Shown here in pieces: positions 36,691-48,652 of a DNA stretch of 64,000 nucleotides (positions are counted from its first letter, which is position 1; every line of letters begins with the position of its first letter). The position numbers were made by a program, and so were the translations under genes. The stretch covers positions 31,434,001 to 31,498,000 of the forward strand of contig NC_043001.1 of the NCBI RefSeq assembly GCF_006345805.1, given 5' to 3'. The notes beneath the pieces are model-generated. The model ran no database searches, was not told the origin of the DNA, and worked only from the letters and a program-made list of their open reading frames with translations. This stretch comes from Octopus sinensis (lineage: Eukaryota).

Positions 36691-38228
36691 AAGAAGTTTC
36701 GCGGACGGGACAGTCACAGATAGAATCTAGAATGTCTATTGATCATAGGTCTGATCGGTTAGGACTGTCTCTATTCTATGTCAATTACAGACGGAAATGA
36801 TAACTGATAGACAATAAAACAATATCTAAATGAAAAGAATAATATAGATATATAAAGTAGAATTCAAAATTGAATAGAATCGACCGATCTATCTATCCAC
36901 GAAGTGGACACACACACGTATGTACATAGAGTTTGAGGTAAAGGGAGATAACTCTAATGATCAAGATGGTGGGACATCATCGATATTTGGCACGCTAGGC
37001 GGACGGTGGGACATTTTAGGGTACTTAATTAAATTTATTCTTAAGGTGAGTGAATCCACTCCATATCAACCTAGATAAACAAATTAAATTTCTCTCAATT
37101 TTCAGGTCACCAATTCAATCTGACACAAACTAAGTTTCTGTGACATTTTTTGTGCTAAATTGGTTCAATGGATTTTGTGTATATAACCTGAAAACAAAAT
37201 CCATTATATTAACTCATTAAAACATTATTAAATGAGTAACTACACAATTAAAACGAGTGTCATTTTTATGTGAACGGCAATATCAAGTAACTTTTGCAGG
37301 CGCATTTCTCCGCCAACACTTTTAAAAACAACTATTCCGGGTCAAAAATTCAATGCAGTCATTCGATCAGCTAGAAAGAGAACCTAAATCTCTTCATAAT
37401 AATCCCCATCACCCAAATTCTAGATAATGGATTTTTTAGTCTTTAATGCATTAATCATAGGTGTGCTCGTTCTGTGCTCTCTCTCTCTCTCTATTCTTTT
37501 ACTTGTTTCAGTCATGTGACCGCGACCATACTGGAGTACCTCAGGAGTTATTCTTCGTAAGCTTAGAACTTATTTTATCAGTTCCTTTTGCCGAACCACT
37601 AAATTTCGGGGATGTAAACACACCAGCATCAGTTGTCAAGCGATGGCAGGTGGACACAGACACACACATATAAATATATACGACGGGCTTCTTTCAGTTT
37701 GCGTCAACTAAATCCACGTTCTGGGTTGACTTGGGATAAACATTACAAATTAACCGCTTCTTACGGAGACACCAAATCAAAGTTATTTCTCCTCTAACCA
37801 ATATGTCAGTATCCTTTCATCTACAGCATACGCCCTAGCAGTGGGGGACCTGGGAAAATTGTGGAGCGCGGGATTCATTAAAAAAAATTTAGTGGGACAT
37901 GGAATCTTTTTTTCACAGCAGATTTTCTACACCAATACTTTTCCCCCAATCACCGAGGTGGAGGCATACGTTTCTCTGGAAAGTTATAGTGCGGTCTTAG
38001 CTAAGAAATTCTTTTGTTCCCACCCCTTTTATATATCATCTACTGTTCTAGTGCATCCTCCTCTATGTCCAAATAAAATCACAACTACGCCTCGAACGTT
38101 ATTGATACGATCATAGTCTGTTCGATCCGGCCGACATTTTCCCTCCACAAAACTTGCAGAGAGAAGCAATACGAGTTGTTTCCCTTGATATGCCACATTG
38201 TGCTCTCTCTCTCTCCCCCTCCCTCTCT

Positions 38229-38573
38229 ATTCTATTACTTGTTTCTGTCATGTGACCGCGACCATACTGGAGTACCACCTTTGGTCGAACAAATCAACCC
38301 CAGGACTTATTCTTTGTAAGTCTAGTACTTATTCTATCAGTTTCTCTTGCTGAACCACTAAGTTTCGGGGATGTAAACACACCAACATCCGTTGTCAAGC
38401 GATGGAAGGTGGACACAGACATACACATGAATATATACGACGGGCTTCTTTCAGTTTCCGTCAACTAAATCCACTCAAATGGCTTTGGTCGGCCAGAGGC
38501 TGCCACGCAGCAGAACTAAACCCAGAACCATGTGGTTAGGAAGCAAGCTCCTTACCACACAGCCACACTTGCG
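38229..38573 (-). mobile_element. SINE family A variant; partial sister copy at 37491-37716
   Basis: Shared diagnostic 'catgtgaccgcgaccatactggagtacc'. Confidence 0.8.
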
Positions 38574-39344
38574 TCTCTCTCTCTCTATATATATTAAATG
38601 CAATTGTGGAAGCGCAATGGCCCAGTGGTTAGGGCGGCGGACACGCGGTTTCGATTCCCAGACCGGGCTTTGTCAGTGTTTATTGAGCGAAAACACCTAA
38701 AGCTCCACGAGGCTCCGACAGGGGGTGGTGGCGATCCCTGCTGTACTCTTTCATCTGCTGGCCTGCTTGCTTAGCCAGAGGGGTGGCGTCGTTTGAAGGC
38801 TAAAACAATGCGAAGTGCATTGTGACTAGCGATGTGTAGGAACATCTGATAGCCTGGTCGGTCACTGTCACGGTGATTAAATGACTATTTAATTATAATT
38901 TTCATTCAGATCCATTAAAAGAAGGCAGTGTTAAGTATGCTGTTTGAAAACGAAGTATGTAGATTTGAAATGAGTCAATAATGAATAAACTATTTTAGCT
39001 ACCAGGACGAGGAAGGGCTTTACTTCAGATTTATCGTGATTGTCATTAACCATTTTTCATAACCTAAAATAAATGAATCTACAATTGCTACTACCTTGAC
39101 TCTATACGTACATGGCAATATTATGTTGAAGTCAGACTTTCTCATTACATGCACAAAATACTAGTTTCTTTCACTGGAATGAAGTAAAAAAATCCGAGGA
39201 GAATGAGATTTTAAAACGTTATACCTTTTCCCAAAGCAATAATGGTGCTAATTAGTTTCAGCTGATAATCAAAAGCAGTGCATTGTGTGGCTTGATCTTA
39301 GCCTAACTCTTGTCCAAGAGCATTTAGCATACAATAGGAATAAA

Positions 39345-39733
39345 ATATTCTTTTCTTCTCAAGGCACAAGGCCCGAAATTTTTGGGGAGGGGGCCAGTCA
39401 ATTAGATTGACATCAGTATGCAACTGGTACTTAATTTATTAACCCTAAAAGGATGAAAGGCAAAGTTGACCTTCGCGTAATTTGAACTCAGAACGTTAAG
39501 ACTGATGAAATACCTATTTCTATTTCTTTACTACCCACAAGGGGCTAAACACGGAACAAACGGATTAAGTCGATTATATCGACCCCAGTGTGTAACTGGT
39601 ACTTATTTAATCGACCCCCGAAAGGATTAAAGGCAAAGTCAACCACGGCGGAATTTGAACTCAGACGAAAGACAGACGAAATACCGCTAAGTATTTCACC
39701 CGGTGTGCTAACGTTTCTGCCAGCTCGCTGCCT
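39345..39733 (-). mobile_element. Two tandem/nested SINE family M copies
   Basis: The core 'aaaggatgaaaggcaaagt..acc...gaactcag' occurs twice. Confidence 0.8.
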
Positions 39734-41154
39734 TACAATAGGAATAAAATATTGAATTAATTTGACTGAGCTACATGGCTATACTTTAGAAGGAAAAGGG
39801 TGAGACATTGTGGTGATCAAACTATTTCTAGATCAAGGCAGCAAATTGGCAGAACTCTTAATATGTTGAATAAAATGCTCGGTGATATTTCTTCCATCTC
39901 TTTTTGTTCTGTTTTCAAATCCTCCCAAATTGACTTTGCCTTTCATCATTAATAAAATAAATACCAGTTGAGCCCTTGGGTTGATGTAATAAACTTAACC
40001 ATTCCCTAAAACAGCTGGTCTAGTGCCAGCAATTTTAGGGAATTTGAAACACACTATTCCTAGGTCATTAGCAGGCTAAGTGAAGTGTAATAGCTTTCAG
40101 AAATTAAAACTATTATGGCATAAATTAAAGCTAACACTCCATTTATTCAGAGAGTTAGGTTGGCCACATTAATAAACTGAAATATTGGCAATTCAAACCA
40201 AGTCACTGATATAGCATTGTGTCTGTGGCCAACTCTCTGTAGATCAGCTCATCTAGCTGTGAAAAGGCAATGATTACAACCTGATATATGGTGGCTCTTT
40301 CTCAAAGACCAAATGTTTTGTTATCTTGTGTGGAATTAAGAAAAAGAAAAAAATTCAGTACTGTTTTAAGAACAGGTGAGTTATAGGATTGACAAACATA
40401 TTCCTTCAGAGAAAAATAATACAAGATCAACATATACTAAGAGGTTCAGGGTATTTAACAAACAGAAGTGTTATTGTTTGTATTCTTTAATCAACATTGT
40501 GTCTGACTACCACAAGGTCCAGTTCTTGTTGTAGTGTGGTAGCCTGTGTACTTCAATGACCCTGAGAGCTATGTAAGCGAAGCACAACCTTCTGGTAGTA
40601 CTTCCCATTTTAGACAGGTCAAAGGATAGAGGCCTGACTAATATGGATCACTTCTTTTCAGAGATAAAAATAAATTTGTGTAGGGCCAATACTCCAACCT
40701 AGAGAAAGCAAAATTACAGAAGCATTGATAGCAATTCAAAACTTAGAAGAATAGTGGAGAAAATGACCTAAGCTCCATAAAGATTGAAAGGGCTTAATGA
40801 ATGAACAAAGTATTGTCTGTGGTTGAGACATTTCAGTATCATATACCACATTGTTTATGAACTTAACAGCTACAGTAAAGTAGAAAGAACATTCTTTTTG
40901 AAAACAGCAGTAGCCCTATAGTATTTTACAGTGCTTCAGTAGCCTACAGTACTTGAGTTTATCATTGCAAGAAGACTGTTTAGAGGAAGCTGGATTCCAC
41001 ACTGCTGACACACACTAGAGATACAAAAAGTCTTCAATGGTAACCTTATGACCAAATACATTATGGGAATTACCAAATACAGTTCGTGTAATACTTAGCA
41101 CCTATTCCAAAACAGATTCAAGGTATATTGGTCATGGGTCCTAACAGATTTTAA

Positions 41155-41570
41155 GGCGCAGGAGTGGCTATGTGGTAAGTAGCTTGCTTACCAGCCACAT
41201 GGTTCCAGTTCAGTCCCACTGTGTGGCACCTTGGGCAAGTGTCTTCTACTATAGCCTCGGGCCGACCAGTCTTGTGAATAGATTTGGTAGATGGAAACTG
41301 AAAGAAGCCAGTCGTATATATGTATATATATATATGTATATATATACATATATATGTATATATATGTGTGTGTGTCTGTTTGTCCCCCCAACATCGCTTG
41401 ACAACCGATGCTGGTGTGTTTACATCCTCATAACTTAGTGGTTTGGCAAAAAGGGACCAATAGAATAAGTACTAGGCTTACAAAGAATAAGTCCTGGGAT
41501 CGATTTGCTCGACTAAAGGTGGTGCTTCAGCATGGCCACAGTCAAATGACTGAAACAAGTAAAAGAGTAA
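41155..41570 (+). mobile_element. SINE family A
   Basis: Full-length copy. Confidence 0.9.
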
Positions 41571-42023
41571 AGCCTATTAATGTTTCAGTTTGTCCAACTG
41601 GAGAATAAAGCCAAAATTAATAGTAGTCTATAATGATAATAATAATAATAATCATCCTTTCTATTTTTAATAGAAGGTCTGAAGGCACAAGGTCTGAAAT
41701 TCGATTACATCAACCCCAGTATTTCACTGGTACTTAATTTATCAACCTTAAAAATATGAAAGGCAAAGACGGATGAAATGCTGCTAAGCAGTTTGCATGG
41801 TGTGCAAATGATTCTGCCAGCTCACTGGTTCAATAATAATAATAATAGCAGCAATAATAATAATGGTTTCAAATTTTGGCACAAGGGCAAACTGACCCCA
41901 GTGCTCAACTGGTACTTATCTTATTGACCCTAAAAGGATGAAAGGTAATGTTAACCATGGTGGCATTTGAATTTGGAATGTAAAGATGGATGTGAAATGC
42001 AGCTAAGCATTTTACCTGGTATT

Positions 42024-42401
42024 ATTCTTTTATTTGTTTCAGTCATTTGACTGCGGCCATGCTGGAGCACAGCCTTTAGTTGAACAAATGGAACCCAAGA
42101 CTTATTCTTTGTAAGCCTAGCAATTATTCTATCAATCTCTTTTGCTGAATTGGTAGGTTACGAGGAAGTAAACACACCAGCATCAGTTTTCAAATGATGG
42201 CGGGGACAAACAGACACACGAACACACACACACACAGATATATATATATATACACACCAACAAGCTTCTTTCAGTTTCCGTCTACCAAATCCACTCACAA
42301 GGCTTTGGTTGGCCTGAGGCTATAGTAGAAGACATTTGTCCTGAACCTCGAACCATGTGGTTTGTAAGCAAGCTACTTACCACACAGCCACTCCTGCACC
42401 T
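42024..42401 (-). mobile_element. SINE family A
   Basis: Reverse-complement copy. Confidence 0.85.
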
Positions 42402-42739
42402 ATATAGTAACAATTTTGCCATACTTTAATAATGATAGGGAGTGGGGAACCCTACACTTTGAATATTTTGTGAATATGTTGAAATCTGAAGATTTAACTC
42501 ATGTAAAACATGGAAAGATATAGACTGGGGGGAGGGGGAAGAATTGTAACTGAAACAATTAGAAATTGTGATGATTTGACAAATTCAAGAATTTAAGCAT
42601 ACAGTATACTCCATGGAAAGAAAAAATACCTGAAAAAAAAAAATCAAAAACCTCGAAAGTATTAAGTGTACTTATTTATCAAATTGGCTGTTATAATTTG
42701 CAAACCCAGTGATCACTACCCCTAAAGCAGAAAAGAGAA

Positions 42740-42990
42740 AAATAAATACATACAGGGGCCTGATTGGCTTTCAGTTTTTGCCATTGAAACCTCAGGTGTT
42801 CTCTGACCCCATACTACAGATTTCCTCCACAGCCCTGCAAGGTGAGTGACTGCCACAGCAAAGTGTTGCTGGCCATTCTCTGTGGCAATGCCATTTGTTT
42901 TGAGGTGTGTTGACCCCTTGCTCCTTTCCCCTCCACCTTCTGCTACTTACCCCCACTCTCTTTTTTCTGTTTCTTTGTAATTAAATCATA
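42740..42990 (+). mobile_element. Possible 3' remnant of a restriction-like-endonuclease LINE (CRE-like)
   Basis: Degenerate FAIETSGV and LAILCGNAI peptide motifs; frameshifted. Confidence 0.35.
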
Positions 42991-43046
42991 ATAAATGGAG
43001 TTTATTATACAAAAAAAAATTATTAATGGGATTTGTCATGAGAACA

Positions 43047-43404
43047 CTTTTACTTGTTTCAGTCATTTGACTGTGGCCATACTGGAGCACAGCCTTTAGC
43101 GGAGCAAATCGACCCCAGAACTTATTCTTTGTAAGCCTAGTACTTAGTCTATCAGTCTCTTTTGCTGAACTGCCAAGTTACGGGGACGTAAACACACCAG
43201 TATTGGTTGTCAAGCAATGTTGGAGGGACAAATAGACACACAAACACACACACATATATTCCATCTACCAAATCCACTCACAAGGCTTTGGTTGGCCTGA
43301 GGCTACAGTAGAAGACACTTGCCCAATGTGCCACACAATGGGACTGAACCTGGAACCATGTGGTTCGTAAGCAAGCTACTTACCACACAGCCACTCCTAC
43401 GCCT
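43047..43404 (-). mobile_element. SINE family A
   Basis: Reverse-complement copy. Confidence 0.85.
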
Positions 43405-43844
43405 ATGTATATTTTAAATAGTCTTCATATTCAATATTTTTTTTCACTTTTGATTTCTAACGAAGAAAAACCTTCCTATGTATTGGATAAATGAAGAATT
43501 ATATGCAATCAAAGTAAACTCTCTAATTTTTCAAATGTTTAACAAAAATCCCATTTCTTAGAATACTGATAAAAAACAGAAAAAAGTAGATATTGTTGGT
43601 ATTGATTAAACCCTTGCCCCCAACAACCCTGATTGAGCAGATATAATCAAAGCTATTTGAGGTATAAGTATTCTGCCTTTTTAGGGATATGCAACTCTCT
43701 ATTATTCAATGTCATTTCTATATTTGAGAAAGTAGATTGTGATTTGGTTGTTATCTTAAATAGACTGACCAATTGCAGAGAGGCTGCCTTGCAAGTTCAT
43801 TGTTAAGATACTAGTAAAGCTATAAAATGTTGACATTCTTATTT

Positions 43845-44124
43845 ATTTTATTTTATTTAGTTTCAGCTCACGAGCTGTGGCCATGCTGGGACACTGCCAT
43901 TTGGTGTTGCTACATAATTTTACTTCATGAATGCTTTTTAGGAATTGACATTCAGTGCATGAGAGAGTTTGATGCAGCAACCTTCATCTGCACCTCCTGC
44001 CGCGAAGTTGGTTCGTCTGGGACACCTGACAGGAAGAGGTCCAGCTTTATTTTGAAGACACCTACATCCACCCCATGCAGGTCTCTCAGGTCCTTTGGGA
44101 GGATATTGAAGAGCTGTGGACCTC
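43845..44124 (-). mobile_element. 3' fragment of the same CR1-clade LINE
   Basis: Aligns by eye with 2964-3228 and has an (AAAAT)n tail. Confidence 0.85.
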
Positions 44125-44450
44125 TGATTATTATAACAATAATATATTTCGTGTGTCCATTTAATAGCTATTTTCTTCTATTTCTAGTGAGAATTGGGTG
44201 AATATATATTACTGAGACATTACTTTACAGCTAGTTGTCTTCTGTCACCAACCCTTGCATGTTTTTCGAGAAGTGAATTTTTATTATTCCACCCATATTT
44301 AAAAATGCAGAGCCAGGGAAGAACTTTTTTTTATATATATATGGAATATGAAGAAACAGCACCAATTTTTAGTTCAATGCTTTCATGCAAAATGTGGAAT
44401 ATATGAGTATTGTAGTTTGCTTGAAGCATTGTGTATTGTTTGTAAAGATA

Positions 44451-44858
44451 GGCACAGGAGTGGCTGTGTGGTAAGTAGCTTGCTTACCAACCACATGGTT
44501 CTGGGTTCAGTCCCACTGCGTGGCACCTTGGGCAAGTATCTTCTACTATAGCTTCGGGCTGACCAAAGCCTTGTGAGTGGATTTGGTAGATGGAAACTGA
44601 AAGAAGCCCATCATAAATATGTATATATATATGTGTGTGTGTATGTATGTATGAGTGTGTGTGTGTGTTTGTCCCCCCAACATTGCTTGACAACTGATGC
44701 TAGTGTGTTTGCGTCCCTTTAACTTAGTGGTTCGGCAAAAGAGACTGATAGACTAAGTACTAGGCTTACAAAGAATAAGTCCTGGGGTCGATTTGCTCGA
44801 CTAAAGGCGGTGCTCCAGCATGACCGCTGTCAAATGACTGAAACAAGTAAAAGAGTAA
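44451..44858 (+). mobile_element. SINE family A
   Basis: Full-length copy; more degenerate copies at ~45545-45870 (-), 59238-59560 (+), 12040-12270 (+) and 21400-21595 (-). Confidence 0.9.
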
Positions 44859-47184
44859 TAAAAAGTTTCGAATTGATAACACTGCACTATAATACAGACA
44901 ATGGGCTATATACCTGTTGTAATTTAGTCATCCATTGTCTGATATGATATTTCGGAATAATATTCCTTCTCCAGATATTCTTAGATGGAGTCGCTGCTAT
45001 ATATATAGCACACGGAATATAAACATTCATACAGACACACACATTTCTATAACAAAAAGTAAGTTTGTTAAAATTTTTCTAATATTCGTAGAAAGGCCAG
45101 TGTATCAGAAAACTTTCTAAATGAAAAACTGAGTAATGATTATGTGATATTTTGAAATTTTAAGAACTCTATTATCTTGGTATTGCATGTTCTATTATTT
45201 TTACAAGCCTTAGTAGTGGCCATAACTCTCTTATTGACTTAATATAGTAATAGTATTTAGGCAAGGTTTCAAAGATGGAAGAACATATTTTGAAGGATTT
45301 CTAGCTACCTGTATAGGCATCAAGGTTCTCCACATTATTTTAGACTTTATAAGCCATGCATAAGACATGTGACACTAGTGTTGTGTAATAGTAATTGTAG
45401 AAAATCAACAACAGAGGTTAATGAGTTCAGTATGGTATATTAGATGTACCTTATCAAATTAAATGAATTGAGAAAGCAACTGAGCATCAAGAAGTTGATT
45501 GATGTAGGCAGGTGATACAGCTGTACCAACATTCAATTTTTATCCTTTTGTTTCAGTCACCCAACTGTGGTCATGCTGGGGCATTGCCTTGAAAGGTTCA
45601 GTTGAACAAATTGACCCCAGGAACTTTTTTTAAAGTTTGGTACTTATTCTGTCAGTCTCTTTTACCAAACTACTAGGTTACAAGGTAAACAAGCCAGCGA
45701 GACAAACAAAAACATAAACATACACAGGGTTCATGTCTCCCAGCATCACTTCCAAGGCACTGGTTGGTCCAGGGTTAGAGTAGAAAACACTTGCTCAAGG
45801 TGTCATGCAGTGGGACTGAACTAAAATCTACTGGGATACAAGGCATGCTTCTTAATCATACAACTGTGCCAACAGAATAAACTTTCCTAGATCAGAGGAG
45901 TTGACACAGTTGGATTTAACTTGATCTACTAATTGATTGCTTTGAATTTAAAAGGAAGGAACAAGTTTTGAAAGTTGATAGAGGATGGAGCAAAAAAAAA
46001 AGGTATTTACTATGGGATCTGGGTTAGAATGACACAAAATTCACAAATTCAGACAAACACCGCTGTAATATCAATAAATGAAACAGCAGGATGACATACA
46101 GCATCAACGAGATAATAGTATGTTAGTAAACAGAAGCTTACCTATTGATAGGGTTTTGTTTTTAATGTATGTTAGGAAGTTTGTGTTTGTGCATGTGTGC
46201 AGGATAACTACACAGTTCTAGAAATGAATGGAGACTACATGCTGGTGACAAACTGCCGTGACTAGTGAAACCGAACAAAGAATTGTGGAGATTGAGACGT
46301 AACTGTATTAGAAACACATCCTATTTAAGCAGCAAAATAGAACAATTTCTTAAACTGAATCCATAATCTAGTTTTAATTTATGTCTCACAAAAATCTTAG
46401 GTAGTTAAGCATGAATATCACTTTTATCCTTATTCATAAATTTGAAACTTGATTCCAAAATAAATCATACAGTCACAATTTTTGGTAAATGTACAGTAAA
46501 CTCTCTGTGAGGCTTCAGTTCTCATTTAAGCCACTGGCTCCATGAATTCTTGTGCCTGCAATTTCTGGCTATTGTCAGTATGGAGCAGGATATCTCCAAG
46601 ATGTACTGCTAAGAGTTACAAGACATTTTTCATGCAAATCATCATTGTTATCAAGAACATAATGTATTTCTGTGGATGATATATTTTAGAAGAATATATA
46701 TCTCAATATTTTAGCATTCTTCTTGATTCTGAATTGGCTTGTTTATGAAAAAACTTTCTCAAACTGAAGACTTTGGTTTTCATCTACCACAGGTACATAG
46801 ATCTTATACCCTGCTAGCATCAACTGTATTTAAAACCTTACCACTGCACCTGCTTTTCTCAGTCTACACTGAAAGGGATTGATAAGAATCATTCAGTCTT
46901 AAAAACTACAGTATAACAGATCATACACTCATATATATTGGAGAAGTGCCATCTGTGTAGTCAAGATAGGCTGTACTTAACCAAACTAAAACTATATCAA
47001 TTACTAAATATAAAAAGTAAATGATTTCCAGTACATTATAAAAATTCTCAAAAAGTGTAAAGAAAGCAGTGAATAACTCAGTAAAGAGCTACTATTTTGA
47101 TTTTAGACAAGCAATTTTTCACTACCTTTCAATGCCTATGTGAAGCATAAACCTACGAAACCCAAATACTGTGAGTTCAGCTCT

Positions 47185-48652
47185 ATCATCATCATCATCA
47201 TCATCATTTAGCGTCCGTTCTCCATGCTAGCATGGGTTGGACGGTTCAACTGGGGTCTGGGGAGCCCGAAGGCTGCACCAGGCCAGTCAGATCTGGCAGT
47301 GTTTCTACAGCTGGATGCCCTTCCTAACGCCAACCACTCCGAGAGTGTAGTGGGTGATTTTATGTGCCACCGACACAGGTGCCAGACGAGGCTGGCGAAC
47401 GGCCACGCTCGGATGGTGTTTTTATGTGCCACCGACACAGGTGCCAGACGAGGCTGGCAGACGGCCACGCTCGGATGGTGTTTTTATGTGCCACCGACAC
47501 AGGTGCCAGATGAGGCTGGCAGGTGCCAGACGAGGCTGGCAGACGGCCACGCTCGGATGGTGTTTTTATGTGCCACCGACACAGGTGCCAGATGAGGCTG
47601 GCGGACGGCCACGATCGATGGTGTTTGTTACGTCCCCAAAGCACGGAGGCCAGTCTATGCGGTACTGGCTACGGCCACGTTCGGATGATTTTCTTGTGTG
47701 CCACCGCACTGGTACCACAAAGATACAAATTCCATTTATGTTCATCTATTTTGATTTGTTTTGATTTGATTTGATTTTCACTTGCCTCAACAGGTCTTCA
47801 CAAGTGTCACTTGCCTCAACAGTCTTCACAAGTGTCACAAGAAGGAAGGTATGCACAGGTGGACTGTCTGCGTCGCCGGGTCTTCGGATGGTGTCTTTAT
47901 GTGCCACCGACACAGGTGCCAGATGTGGCTGGCGAACGGCCACGATCGGATGTTTTCTTGTGTGCCACCGGTACTGGAACCACAAAGATACAAATTCCAT
48001 TGATGTTCATCTTTTTGATTTGGTTTGATTTTCACTTGCCTCAACAGGTCTTCACAAGTGTCACGCGTGTCACACACTTGCCTCAACAGTCTCCACAAGT
48101 GTCACACACTTGCCTCTGCCTCAACAGGTCTTCACAAAGTGTCACACACTTGCCTCTGCCTCAACAGGTCTTCACAAGTGTCATAAGAGGGAAGGTATGC
48201 ACGGTGGACTGACTACGTCGCCGGGTCTTTGGATGGTGTTTTTATGTGCCACCGACACAGGTGCCAGGTGAGGCTGGCGAACGGCCACGATCAGATGGTG
48301 TTTGTTGTGCCCACAGCACGGAGGCCAGTCGATGCGGTACCAGCTACGGCCACTTCGGATGGTTTTCTTGTGTGCCACCGGTACTGGAACCACAAAGATA
48401 CAAATTCCATTGATATTCATCTATTTTGATTTGGTTTGATTTTCACTTGCCTCAACAGGTCTTCACAAGTGTCACACACTTGCCTCAACAGGTCTTCACA
48501 AGTGTCATAAGAGGGAAGGTATGCACAGGTGGACTGACTACGTCCCGGTCTCTTCGGATGGGGTCTTTATGTGCCACCGGCACAGGTGCCAGATGAGGCT
48601 GGCGAACGGCCACGATCGGATGGTGTTTGTTGTGCCCACAACGGAGGCCAGA
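47185..48652 (-). mobile_element. RTE-3'UTR-type element with expanded nested tandem repeats
   Basis: (CAT)n tail at 47185-47207, conserved 3' end, ~60-bp units, ~25-35-bp 'cttgcctcaacaggtcttcacaagtgtca' units and higher-order blocks. Confidence 0.8.

Noticed and set aside
46500-46800. Possible Tc1 transposase remnant on the minus strand
   Set aside because: Only faint motif resemblance with many stops; not supportable without an alignment.
47208-48429. Dense overlapping ORFs and a CRISPR-like look
   Set aside because: Tandem units without unique spacers inside a LINE 3' UTR; eukaryotic context and no cas genes.
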